From: Zygophlyctis sp. KS116
Lineage: Eukaryota; Fungi; Chytridiomycota
Assembly: GCA_054661495.1 (NCBI GenBank)
Contig: BAAFSQ010000018.1
Coordinates: 1 to 32,000 of the forward strand
DNA: 32,000 nt
Direction of reading: 5' to 3'
Shown piece after piece: positions 19,564 through 32,000 of this stretch. The notes beneath the pieces were generated by a model. The model saw nothing but the letters and a program-made list of their open reading frames with translations. It searched no databases and was not told the origin of the DNA. The number at the start of each line of letters is the position of its first letter. Position 1 is the first letter of the stretch. The translations under genes and the position numbers were made by a program.

Positions 19564-22500
19564 ATGAATTCGTCAAAAATCGCTCAAGACGAATTGAAAA
19601 ATGTCTTGTCAGAGACTGCAGAAGGAGAAGATCCACTTGAGGCTGCAATGCTACAAAGAAGAATAAATGATGCGTCTGATTCTTATAAAAATCAACGGAT
19701 CGGAAGGATGCTTTCTCCAGAAAGAAAAGATGCTTTTAATAAAGATGATGAGACTGCAAGATCTTATTCTCAAGTCATGAAAGAGCAAGAAATGGAAAAG
19801 GAAAAGCAGGCCGCACAAAGGAAAATTAATCAGGAAAAGAAGAGTGAATGGGAAGAAGATGAAGCGCCAGCGACTAAAAAGTCTAGATGGGATAAAACTC
19901 CAAGTTCAGCATGGGAAGGAACTCCTTCTAGGAAAAGTAGATGGGATCAGACTCCAGTAGGGAAATCTTTGGATGCAACTCCAGTCGGTTTATCAGGTGC
20001 ACAAACTCCAATGCCTCAAACTCCAAGATCTGAGATACGGTTAGATAGGGAAATGGAATACAGAAATAGGTACTTGACAGATCAAGAATTTAATGCAATG
20101 ATGCCAACAGAAGGGTATAAAATTATTGAAGCTCCAACTGGTTATGAAGTTCCTGCTAGAAAGTTAATGGCTACTCCTGCTCCGTTTGAAGGCGGTGAAG
20201 ATGGGTTTAATATGCAAGAAGATGGTAAGATGGATCAATAATTAAATTTTTAGGTACAATGGGAGAAGCTGCTGGTGTAGATGTAATACCGGAAATTCCA
20301 GGTGTAGAAGGACTTTCATTCTTTAAAAATGATGATATGAAGTACTTTGGAAAACTTATGGATGATTTAAAAGAGGATGATATGACGGCTGAAGATATGC
20401 GAGAAAGGAAAATTATGAGATTATTACTTAAAATTAAAAATGGTACACCTCCAATTAGGAAAGTTGCACTAAAGCTATTGACAGAAAAAGCTAGAGATTT
20501 TGGTGCAGGTCCATTATTTAATCAGATCTTGCCACTTTTAATGTCACCAACGTTGGAGGATCAAGAGCGGCATCTTTTGGTCAAGGTTATTGATAGAATT
20601 ATGTTTAAATTGGATGATTTGGTGCGTCCTTTTGCTCATAAAATTCTGGTTGTGATTGAACCATTGCTGATTGATGAAGATTATTATGCTCGAGTGGAAG
20701 GAAGAGAAATTATTTCAAATCTTTCAAAGGCTGCAGGTTTAGCAACAATGATTTCAGTAATGAGACCTGATATTGATCATCCTGATGAATATGTAAGAAA
20801 TACAACTGCTAGAGCTTTTTCTGTTGTTGCATCTGCATTAGGGATTCAAGCTTTATTGCCTTTTCTAAAAGCTGTTTGCAAGTCAAAAAAGTCATGGCAG
20901 GCTCGGCATACTGGAATTAAGATTGTTCAGCAGATAGCTATCCTTTTAGGTTGTGCAGTTCTCCCACATCTCAGAAATCTTGTTGAATCAATTGCACATG
21001 GTTTAGAAGATGAGCAACCAAAAGTCCGAACAATTACTGCTCTTGCTGTTTCTGCTCTTGCAGAGGCTTCTGCTCCCTATGGTATTGAATCTTTTGACCA
21101 AATACTTCGTCCATTATGGTCAGGAATAAAAAGACATAGAGGAAAAGGCTTGGCTGCATTTATCAAAGCAATTGGGTTTATTATTCCCTTGATGGATGAA
21201 GAATATGCAAACTATTATACAAAAGAAGTCATGACTATTCTTGTTCGTGAATTTCAAACCCCAGATGATGAAATGAAGAAAATTGTCTTGAAAGTTGTCA
21301 AACAATGTGTGGCAACTGAAGGAGTTGAAGGGAGCTATATTCGTAGAGAAATCATGCCAGAATTTTTTAGAAACTTTTGGGTGCGCCGAATGGCTCTGGA
21401 CCGAAGAAATTACCTTCAGCTTGTTGATGCTACTCTCGAAATCGCCCGGAAAGCAGGTGTTGCTGAAATTATCAACAAAATCATTGATGGACTAAAGGAT
21501 GAATCAGAACCTTTTAGGAGAATGGTGATAGAGGGGATCGACAAAATAGTGGGAGAACTTGGAACCGCTGATATTGATGATCGCATGCAAGAAGTTCTGA
21601 TAGATGGAATTTTATATGCCTTTCAAGAGCAAACTGCCGAAGATATTATCATTTTGAATGGATTTGGAACTGTAGTTAACAAATTTGGCCTACGTATCAA
21701 GCCCTATTTACCACAAATATGTTCGACAATTCTATGGAGGCTCAATAATAAAAGTGCAAGAGTGCGCCAACAGGCTGCAGATCTAGTTGCCAAGATTGCA
21801 GGTGTAATGAAAAGCTGTGAAGAAGAAAAGTTAATGGGCCATCTCGGCGTAGTTTTGTATGAATATTTAGGAGAAGAATATCCTGAAGTTCTTGGGTCAA
21901 TTCTGAAAGGGCTCAAGGCCATTGTAAATGTTGTAGGAATGTCAACAATGACCCCCCCTATCAAGGATCTTCTTCCTCGTTTAACACCAATTTTGAAGAA
22001 TCGTCATGAAAAAGTCCAGGAACATTGTATAGATCTGGTTGGTCGAATAGCAGATCGTGGTGCGGAATTTGTTTCCGCTAGAGAGTGGATGCGTATTTGT
22101 TTTGAACTTTTAGACATGTTAAAAGCGCATAAAAAGAGTATTCGTAGAGCCACAATCAACACTTTTGGATACATTGCTAAAGCTATTGGTCCCCAGGATG
22201 TTTTATCTACATTATTGAATAATCTCAAAGTTCAAGAGCGTCAAAATCGTGTTTGCACAACGATTGCTATTGCTATTGTTGCCGAAACCTGTGGTCCATT
22301 TACGGTTTTACCAGCTCTAATGAATGAATATCGCATCCCAGAAGGCAATGTCCAGAATGGTGTTCTAAAATCTTTGTCATTTATGTTTGAATATATTGGA
22401 GAGATGGGAAAAGATTATATTTATGCGTTAACACCTCTCTTGGAAGATGGATTAATTGACCGTGATATGATTCATCGTCAAACAGCTTGTTCAACTGTAA

Positions 22501-22894
22501 AACATATGGCCTTGGGAGGGGCTTTTCTTGGAGTTGAGGACGCTATCGGTCATCTTTTAAATGTTGTATTTCCAAATATTTTTGAGGTAATTTTTTACAA
22601 AATAAAAATATAAGATGGCTCCACACATTCAAAATGCTGTAACAGAGTGCCTTGAAGCTTTCAGACTCTGTCTAGGACCATCAGTGGTTCTAAACTACTT
22701 ATTGCAAGGACTTTTCCATCCTGCTAGAAAAGTGCGAGAAGCATATTGGAGGGTATTATTTGATTTAATTAATTTTTTAGAATTATAATAATCTTTATAT
22801 TGGTTCTCAGGATGCATTGGTCTGCTTTTTCCCAAAAATTGATGCTGATGAGAGAAATGACTATGCTCGGCATGAATTAGAAATGGTCATTTAA
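19564..22894 (+). CDS. SF3B1: U2 snRNP splicing factor SF3B1 (Hsh155/Prp10); introns 20225-20253, 22587-22614, 22753-22780
   Basis: RWD(K/Q)TP motifs, [55 protein letters not shown] and YIGSQDAL. Confidence 0.98.
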
Positions 22895-22898
22895 TATT

Positions 22899-23856
22899 CT
22901 AAAAACAATGCTTGCGGCCCATCCTAATCCCATAATAAACACCATGATACTCTAAACTTTTAGCGACTTTTGGTAGAATATATAAACTATTTGAGCATTT
23001 TCTGTCTTCTCCATTCCACTTACTACAAAATCTTACTTGTCCATCTTTATCTAAATAAATTTCCCTAGGAAAATGATGATATCCAAGAGATTTGAATGGC
23101 TAAATTGATTAAAATTCCAAAATTACCAAATGTGGCACTGGATCACTATAATTTACTGAACGATATACATTTAATCCTATTTCACTGACTGCCATTGAAA
23201 GTATCTTATTTCCTATTCTCGGACTCCCCTAATATTAACTTGAAATAACTAACCATTGTATACAGATGAATTTGCGAACTATTCCTTAAATAAGATAAAT
23301 ATCCAAAAGGTGAAACAGTATCTAATGCAGCTAAAGTAGCAATTGCTCCTCCTAAAATATTAATGGATCAATACCTACCTAGTGAATGTCCGACAAAAAC
23401 AATATCGTAAACTGGGTATTTGATGGCGTAATCTAGGACCAATCTTTGAACTAGAGACTTGACTGCATTATAAGATGAAGAAAATCCCTGATGAGTAAAT
23501 GGAGTTGTTACCAGAGGAACTTGAGGAAATGTTTTTGTAGTAAAGAATTTAAGAATGCTCTTACGGTTTTCATAATTGCTAGTTCCTCTAAATGATAACA
23601 CAATAGCTTCATTCAGCACTCCGATAAATCCCTGAACTCCAGTTTGAGAATCGTTAAACGATACGATTGATTTTATATTTTTCATTGCTGGATCACTACA
23701 GTAATTACATGTCCAATTGCTAATCTTGTCCAGCGAACAGTATGCAATCGCAGAAAGCTTTCCGGCCGCTTCAAAAGAGTAAAGCTGATTAGAAGATGGG
23801 CTTACAATGCCCGATATAAAAATCATTAGAATGGCAATGATCTCTAGTGGAATCAT
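22899..23856 (-). CDS. Secreted class 3 lipase (introns 23352-23378, 23229-23253, 23100-23126)
   Basis: Signal peptide, AIAYC, SFRGT, HQGF, GHSLGGA (spliced), GSPRIGN, DPVPHLP, KCSNS and YHGVY give a complete Ser/Asp/His triad. Confidence 0.9.
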
Positions 23857-23911
23857 TCCAAATGCAAATTTTCAAGTTATGAAACAAAAGGCCAAAAATA
23901 CTTTTTTTAAC

Positions 23912-26306
23912 TTAAAACTTCCAATCTGGCTCCATATCCATTGCCCACTTAAATTTCTCTCGTAGAGTTTTAGCGAATATCTTTTCAATTGACACATCAA
24001 ACTTTTTGCACCATGCCGCTGAAATTCGCGGGTCAATGTAATTAATCTTTGATGTTCCCAAGGCAGTGGTCTTGTTTTCATCCTGAGAGTAAAAATGATA
24101 AAATTACCTTGTCGATCAAATTAGTTTTTGATGCATCAATACGGCTAGTCATTAACTCATGTTTTTTCTCTAGTTTCTCAATATCCAGAATCTGTTTTTT
24201 AGGTTTTTGATCAATGTCCATCTCAGTAATTTCTTCTTCGCCTTTTTCTCTTCTTTTTTCATTCTCTTTTGCAACCTTTACTGCAAGAGCCTTCTTTTCC
24301 TTTTCTTCCAACATTTCTAAATAGCGCTCAATAAATTCTTCGTCAACTTCTGATTCAGGATCCAATAATTCAGGTCTTTTCTTGGCTAATGATGGGTCAA
24401 GTTCCAGCATTTGTTCTGCAATCTTTTGTCTCTCATATTTAAATCCAAGGATCTTTATGTTAAGTAAAAAAGTAACACCTTATCCTTTAATTTCATCATT
24501 TGATTTCCATGGCCTTTAGTGACAGCTCTCTGATGATTACAAAGAATAGCGACTTGTCTGTTGGCTCGATTATATGCTAAAAGTTTTTCAGCAGCAGTAC
24601 CATCTTCTGGTGTTTTAATTAGTTCGTTTTGAAAAGTAAAAGATGCATTATATGTTCTAAAAACTTTTGCAGTGAGTCCGGCCATAAAACCTGATAGGTA
24701 TTTATTTAAAAGAGTAGTCTAAAATAAGAAAAATTAGCTTACAGTGAGTCTATCAAAAAGCAAATCTCCTTCAGTCTTTGGTTCTCTTTTAAATATTTTC
24801 AAATTCTTGAAAATTTGAACATCAACTTCGACTTCATTATAGTATCTTATCGAATCTTTACCCAAAAAGTCAAAAATGACTTTGTTGGGAGGCTCTAAAG
24901 ATATGTGTTCAAATCGAAGAGAACAGCAACCTACTGTATCCGCTTCATCATCACCCTTTTCATTCCCTGCTCTTAATGCAAAACGGTCAATTAAATAAAG
25001 AGCAGTCGCACGTTGTCTGATAACCATTTGTTTGTCTTTTAATTGTTCTGTATATTCATTTCTTATTCTATTAATATGATGCTAAATTTTAATAAATATA
25101 AATTACTTTAAGTTCTCTAGCCTTTTCAAACTTTTTAAAATCTGATTGACCCTTCAGACTTGAATTTGCAGCCAGAAAAACATATTTAAAATTTTCATTT
25201 ACATTTTCTTTCCAAAAAGCAAGCCATGTGACTTTATTATCATGAACGACTTGTCCCCAAGAATGACCAGCAGGAGGTTCAGGAACTGGATCCTTTTCTC
25301 CAATATTAATTGTAATTTGTTCTGGAGACACACGAGTCTGAAATTAAAACTTTTTAAAAAATTACCTTTAGTGAACCAGTTTTAGGATGTTCCCCTCTAC
25401 CCTTGAATAAACCAGGAGGTTCAATCCTAAAATTCCCAACCTTTTCCTTCCTTGCATCTAAATACGCAAATCCATACTGCTCATCAATCTTTAATTTTTC
25501 TTCTTTAATCTTTAATTTTTCTTCCTTTGTCATTGACTTTTTCTTCTCTTTGACACCTTCTAAATACTCTGTGATTGGCGTAAAATCACAATCTTCAAAT
25601 TTCTTAATAGGACATCCTGGATCATTCTCTTTGAGAACCTACAAATTAAAATTCACTGCCAAGCATCCAAGCATCATTTCCAAGCACAAAAGCAGTAAAA
25701 ATTTAAGTGCTTGGATGCCTGAATTTCCTGGATAACGGTAATTACCTGCATGAAATCATTAAAGAAATTCTTTTGAAATACATCATTATTTACCCAATCT
25801 GTACCTATTAAAGCAGCATAAAAACTAGCAACTTCTTCTGAATTTGGCGATAAATCAATTTCTTTCCCTTTATACTTCATTTTAATTCCATGCGGTTGAT
25901 ACTCTGGAGGAAATAAAACTCCATTATGTACTAGACTATTCCATTTTATAGTATCATCTCTATTTTCTTCCAACCACCATTTATATTCCTCTTCCTCCTC
26001 TTCATCCTTTTTAGGGGAACCTTTTGGCGAAGACTTTGGCGAGTCTTTAATCAAATCCTTTTTTGGGGACTTTCTAGTCTTTTTGGGCGTGACTTGTTCA
26101 TTTTTGACTCTAGGAGAAGATTTAACGCTAGAGATTTTCCTAGAAATTTTCTTGGATGAAATTAGCGGCATATCTTCATCAGACGACACTTTTAAATTCT
26201 TGGTTTTTTTAGGTTTAAAGCTAGATTTAACTTCAGTTTTGATTCTTTTTAAAGGAATATCTTCTTCTGATGAACTCTAAACATGAAAAATTTAAAAAAG
26301 TACCAT
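23912..26306 (-). CDS. TOP1: DNA topoisomerase I (type IB), 8 exons; introns 26277-26303, 25639-25745, 25338-25365, 25082-25106, 24719-24742, 24453-24478, 24083-24107
   Basis: [78 protein letters not shown] and catalytic SKINYIDPR. The first exon is the ATG alone. Confidence 0.97.
25649..25726. repeat. Inverted-repeat (hairpin) insert inside TOP1 intron 2
   Basis: On the transcript strand, gcatccaagca/tgcttggatgc (11 bp perfect) and aaattca/tgaattt (7 bp), with extra copies of gcttgg. Confidence 0.8.
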
Positions 26307-26596
26307 TCTCAGTATAGAATAATAAAAATAATTGATTTTTGGTCTGAAAACTAAAAGTTTTAAAATTTTTACGAGAAATTTAGGACTAGTTTTAGGTGTT
26401 TTACTATTCTGATTGATGGATTGTTACTGCAATTATCAAATTAGATGGATCAATAGAAATAATGATTTAGTCTTGAGATGATTTAGTAAAATTATATTTC
26501 CTGCGTATCAAGATTAAAATGATTAAAAGAGATTTGAAAGATCTAAAGGTCGCGCCCATTTTAATTCACCGCTAAAGTTTCTGATTTCATTTTATT

Positions 26597-29032
<2,436 letters not shown>

Positions 29033-29036
29033 TAAT

Positions 29037-29630
29037 CTAATTCAATGAAACTTCATTACTTTTCCTCAACAAGTCCATCATTCCTAGAGGTAATATCGGA
29101 CCATTATCATCCACCAAGTACCTAAAAGGCATTTCCACCTCCTCCTTTTTCCCGAGTCTAATGACTGGTCTATCAACAGTAGCCAGATCTTGCAAATGTA
29201 TTTGATCTTTACAAATCTTGTTTGCGACTAAACAAGCAGTATCTGTAGTCATTTGAACTGGACCTAAATTCCTAGTTGAGAATCCCAAATCTCTCAATTC
29301 CTTTGTTCTATCTTTTGGCGGATCATCACCCAAAATCCCTCCAAACAATAGAGCATCATACTCTGCTGCATCTTGTGGTGAAAGAGGAATTGGTGATTTT
29401 GGATCACATAGTAAGACCCGATTAAAATCCAGACCGAATGCATTAGATTTGCATAAATCCAGTATCCGACTACTTGTAAGTTGAGCATTGAGATTCAAGT
29501 TTTTCATCAATGCTGGATCTAGTCCAGAAAGTATTAAATTCTCAGATCCAACAACCGATGCAATATTCTTGTATTCTAATAATGACCATTCATCACATTC
29601 AGGCTCTAGATGCTCAACAATGAATTTCAT
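29037..29630 (-). CDS. SFM1: SPOUT-family methyltransferase Sfm1 (DUF431)
   Basis: FIVEHLE...WSLLEY, LCDP, FGGILGDDPPKDRTKELR, RNLGPVQMTTDTA and EMPFRY. Confidence 0.92.
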   Translation of the reverse strand: MKFIVEHLEPECDEWSLLEYKNIASVVGSENLILSGLDPALMKNLNLNAQLTSSRILDLCKSNAFGLDFNRVLLCDPKSPIPLSPQDAAEYDALLFGGILGDDPPKDRTKELRDLGFSTRNLGPVQMTTDTACLVANKICKDQIHLQDLATVDRPVIRLGKKEEVEMPFRYLVDDNGPILPLGMMDLLRKSNEVSLN

Positions 29631-29822
29631 TCTTTAGGATCCACCCTTGCCACATTTTTCCTTTTTGTTGTTGCAGTTATTGTTGTCCTGTTAATATTTT
29701 TTATCAATGAGATTTATTTGTATTTATAATGATCAGAGTTGAGTGATCATCCTACATTGAGAGTTGCCGCTGACGGCTATTTAAAGGCGCAATATGATGT
29801 TTCAAGACTCTCAAAATTAAAT

Positions 29823-30062
29823 ATGAAAGGACTAATGTTTATGCTTATGATTGCAATTACTACTGCTATGCCATTTAAATTCCCAACTGGTAAAGTTACA
29901 GTTCCTAAAGTAGCACCCAAAGCTGCTAATAATGCTCAATCGCAGAGAGCTACTTCTGCTCAATTAAGACAGCAGCAAATTCATCGGGAAGCTTATGAAC
30001 GGTATCTCAGAGAACAGTATGAGATAAAGAGAAGCAATGCATTTGATGAACTAGATGAATAG
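29823..30062 (+). CDS. Small secreted protein of unknown function (79 aa)
   Basis: Signal-like MKGLMFMLMIAITTA|MP followed by a basic then helical region; TATTTAAA about 45 bp upstream. Confidence 0.55.
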   Translation: MKGLMFMLMIAITTAMPFKFPTGKVTVPKVAPKAANNAQSQRATSAQLRQQQIHREAYERYLREQYEIKRSNAFDELDE

Positions 30063-30452
30063 ATTTCAAACCTCCAGGATCGAGGTTTCGGACAGATCGG
30101 ATTTATCTATCAAATAGCCTAACTGATAATAAATGCACCATGTCTGATCATCATAAGAATTTATTTTTATTTTTGAGAATTATGGATGTACTGTTCCAAC
30201 ATATCGCCCTAATGCTTTTTATTAATTGTTATAACGGGGATTCGGACGAGCGATTGTGAATCCATCAATACAAGGAAAGGGATAATTAAAAATAATATGA
30301 TATCCGTGCCAATCGATTAATCATGTTGGATTTTCTTCTAAAAGGAAGTTTTACTTTACCATGCAGTATTTCGAACACCATGAATTATGGCGCATTGTCC
30401 TCACGTCGATTGTCAAATAACTCTAAACTTTCGTAAACAATAAACAAAAAAA

Positions 30453-30865
30453 ATGCTGCTTTAATCTCTCAAGAATTATATCGGGACGTTTGCTCTCACT
30501 GTAATGATCTCAGGGACTGATGCAGCGGTTTCATGTGATTCAAGATCTTGTCAATGCTGCTGGGTTGTCCGATCATGGCAACTGATGGGGAAAAGCACAT
30601 CAGTTTCTTCTACTAGTAGCACTGCATGTTGTTCGTTGAGTGGTGTGAGCTGTTCTGGATCTTCAGTTACAGAGATTTATTGGAACTCGAAATATCTTAC
30701 AGGGACAATTCCTGCAGAACTCGGAAAGTTGACAAGTTTGACTTTACTGTAATTAAGTTCCAAATTTAAAATTCATGTTATCTGTACAACAACGATCTCA
30801 GCGGATCAATTCCTGCAGAGTTTGGAAATTTGGGAAATTTAGTATACCTCATCATATGCCTCTAA
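30453..30865 (+). pseudogene. Secreted leucine-rich-repeat protein pseudogene
   Basis: Cys-capped LRR N-terminus (ACC..GVSC..VTEIYW) and plant-type LRRs LTGTIPAELGKLTSLTLL and YLYNNDLSGSIPAEFGNL. TAA at codon 4, no AG acceptor after the GT at 30749, and an early stop. Confidence 0.8.
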
Positions 30866-31014
30866 TTGCAAGGCTACAGTGGATGAAATGACCGATAAAA
30901 TGAGTAAGTAACAAATTTGGAAGATATCAATACTGCTATTGATCGCTCACAAAAAAGAAAAGAGAACTACATTAAAATCCTTGCGGTCTATCGCCATAAT
31001 AACTATGCGGTATA

Positions 31015-31474
31015 TCATCCATGATATTCTGCCTTTGTACTCCTTACAACTACAAGAATAGCTGTTCGCAATCCTCCTTGTTTGATTCCATACTTTTCAA
31101 GTTTCTCATCAGTCAAAGCAAGATCATCACTAGCCATAAGTTGATCATATTCAATATCTTCCTTATAGAATACTGCGCGTACTTGTTTCATCTGTTGTGG
31201 TTTTTTCACTGGATTCTTCAAAGCTTCTTCCAATTTTCCAAAGAATTGCTCCATTTCAGGGCTAAATTCAGCTACAGTTAGATACCGACTATTACCAATC
31301 TCCAACACAGGTATATTCATATCAACATCTTTATTTGCTTTCATAAAATTTAGTAACCTAGAATTAATAAAGAAAATATAACCTGTCTAGCTTTTCATTT
31401 TGAGAATCTAGTTTTTCATCAATCTTTTCCAACTCTTGCCGATTTTTGTCAATCAACTCTTCCAATAGATCCAT
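31015..31474 (-). CDS. Short coiled-coil plus SAM-like domain protein, possibly a fragment of a larger gene (intron 31358-31382)
   Basis: Spliced MDLLEELIDKNRQELEKIDEKLDSQNEKLDRLLNFMK...; EDIEYDQL...LTDEKLEKYGIKQGGLRTAIL fits the SAM consensus. Confidence 0.6.
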
Positions 31475-31596
31475 CCTACGCCGCGACCGGAACCACAGTA
31501 TCGTTTAGAGAAAACTGCAAGTAAATTCCTTTGATTTTTTCAAACATCAAATTTTTGTCACAAAATAAACGCAAACACGAACCGTTCAACACGACA

Positions 31597-32000
31597 ATGG
31601 TTGACAGTATGTACGAGCCCACTCCGCCAAAGAGACTCTGTTTGGTCAATGAGTCAAGTTCCCCATCATTCTCTGAACTGTCAGTCAACAATGAACAAAA
31701 CACTTATAGTTTACGAAAAAAACGCCAACATTCTCCAATTAAATCTAGACTGCGGATTCGTGCCTTGTTAGATTACGGATTTGAAGACCCCGAGGCAAAT
31801 GGAATTCAACCACAAAAGGACGGTATTCAGATTGAAAAGCGGGTTACAAGGAGTAGTAATATTGAAAATGGTATCTATTCAGACTTAAATTTTAGAAGAT
31901 CAAAAGATTGCATTACCACTTATACCTCTAGATTCAAATCTAGTTGTTTCAATTACAGATTCAGACTATATAAGGGGGATTGCTGAATTATCAGTACATA
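31597..32000 (+). CDS. 5' part of an unknown gene running off the window (intron 31871-31895)
   Basis: ATG 31597, NLS-like PPKR and RKKR. A 25-nt GT-AG intron gives a frame open to the window end. Confidence 0.55.

Noticed and set aside
21120-22228. Short alternative-frame and antisense ORFs inside SF3B1 (and similar ones inside PUS10, the acyltransferase, noxR, TOP1 and SFM1)
   Set aside because: No recognisable motifs. They are expected by-products of long coding regions.
25639-25745. Intronic box C/D snoRNA in the long TOP1 intron
   Set aside because: Only a partial C-box-like ATGATG and no CTGA D box on the transcript strand. Kept only as a hairpin.
26531-26560. TTTGAA and CGCGCCC upstream of the polo kinase as CHR/E2F cell-cycle elements
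   Set aside because: Short single motifs in non-canonical order that cannot be told apart from chance here.

Overview
AT-rich, very compact eukaryotic nuclear DNA using the standard genetic code, most likely from an early-diverging (chytrid-like) fungus. That placement is an inference from Pus10, a Crinkler-like gene, an LRR-type relic and fungal-type Nox subunits. Most of the split ORFs in the track are not frameshifts. I could join them by hand with 42 GT-AG introns, 41 of them only 23-31 nt long (mode 25 nt). The one 107-nt intron (in TOP1) contains an inverted repeat whose fold-back leaves about 29 unpaired nt. Housekeeping genes: PUS10, BRX1, a Cdc20-like activator, RRP17, mitoribosomal mS35 and uS11m, kish, RPC34, SF3B1, TOP1, a polo kinase and SFM1. 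Two accessory islands (about 11.9-15.2 kb and 29.7-31.5 kb) carry effector-like genes and decayed pseudogenes. The most striking feature is an operon-like NADPH oxidase cluster at 16237-19469. Catalytic noxA lies head-to-head (65 bp) with its activator noxR. It is followed directly by a small membrane gene that, once a 28-nt intron is removed, resembles p22phox/NoxD. All three start codons are preceded by the same CTA(W)4TAG MEF2/Rlm1-type element. All calls come from reading the sequence by eye, with no database searches.
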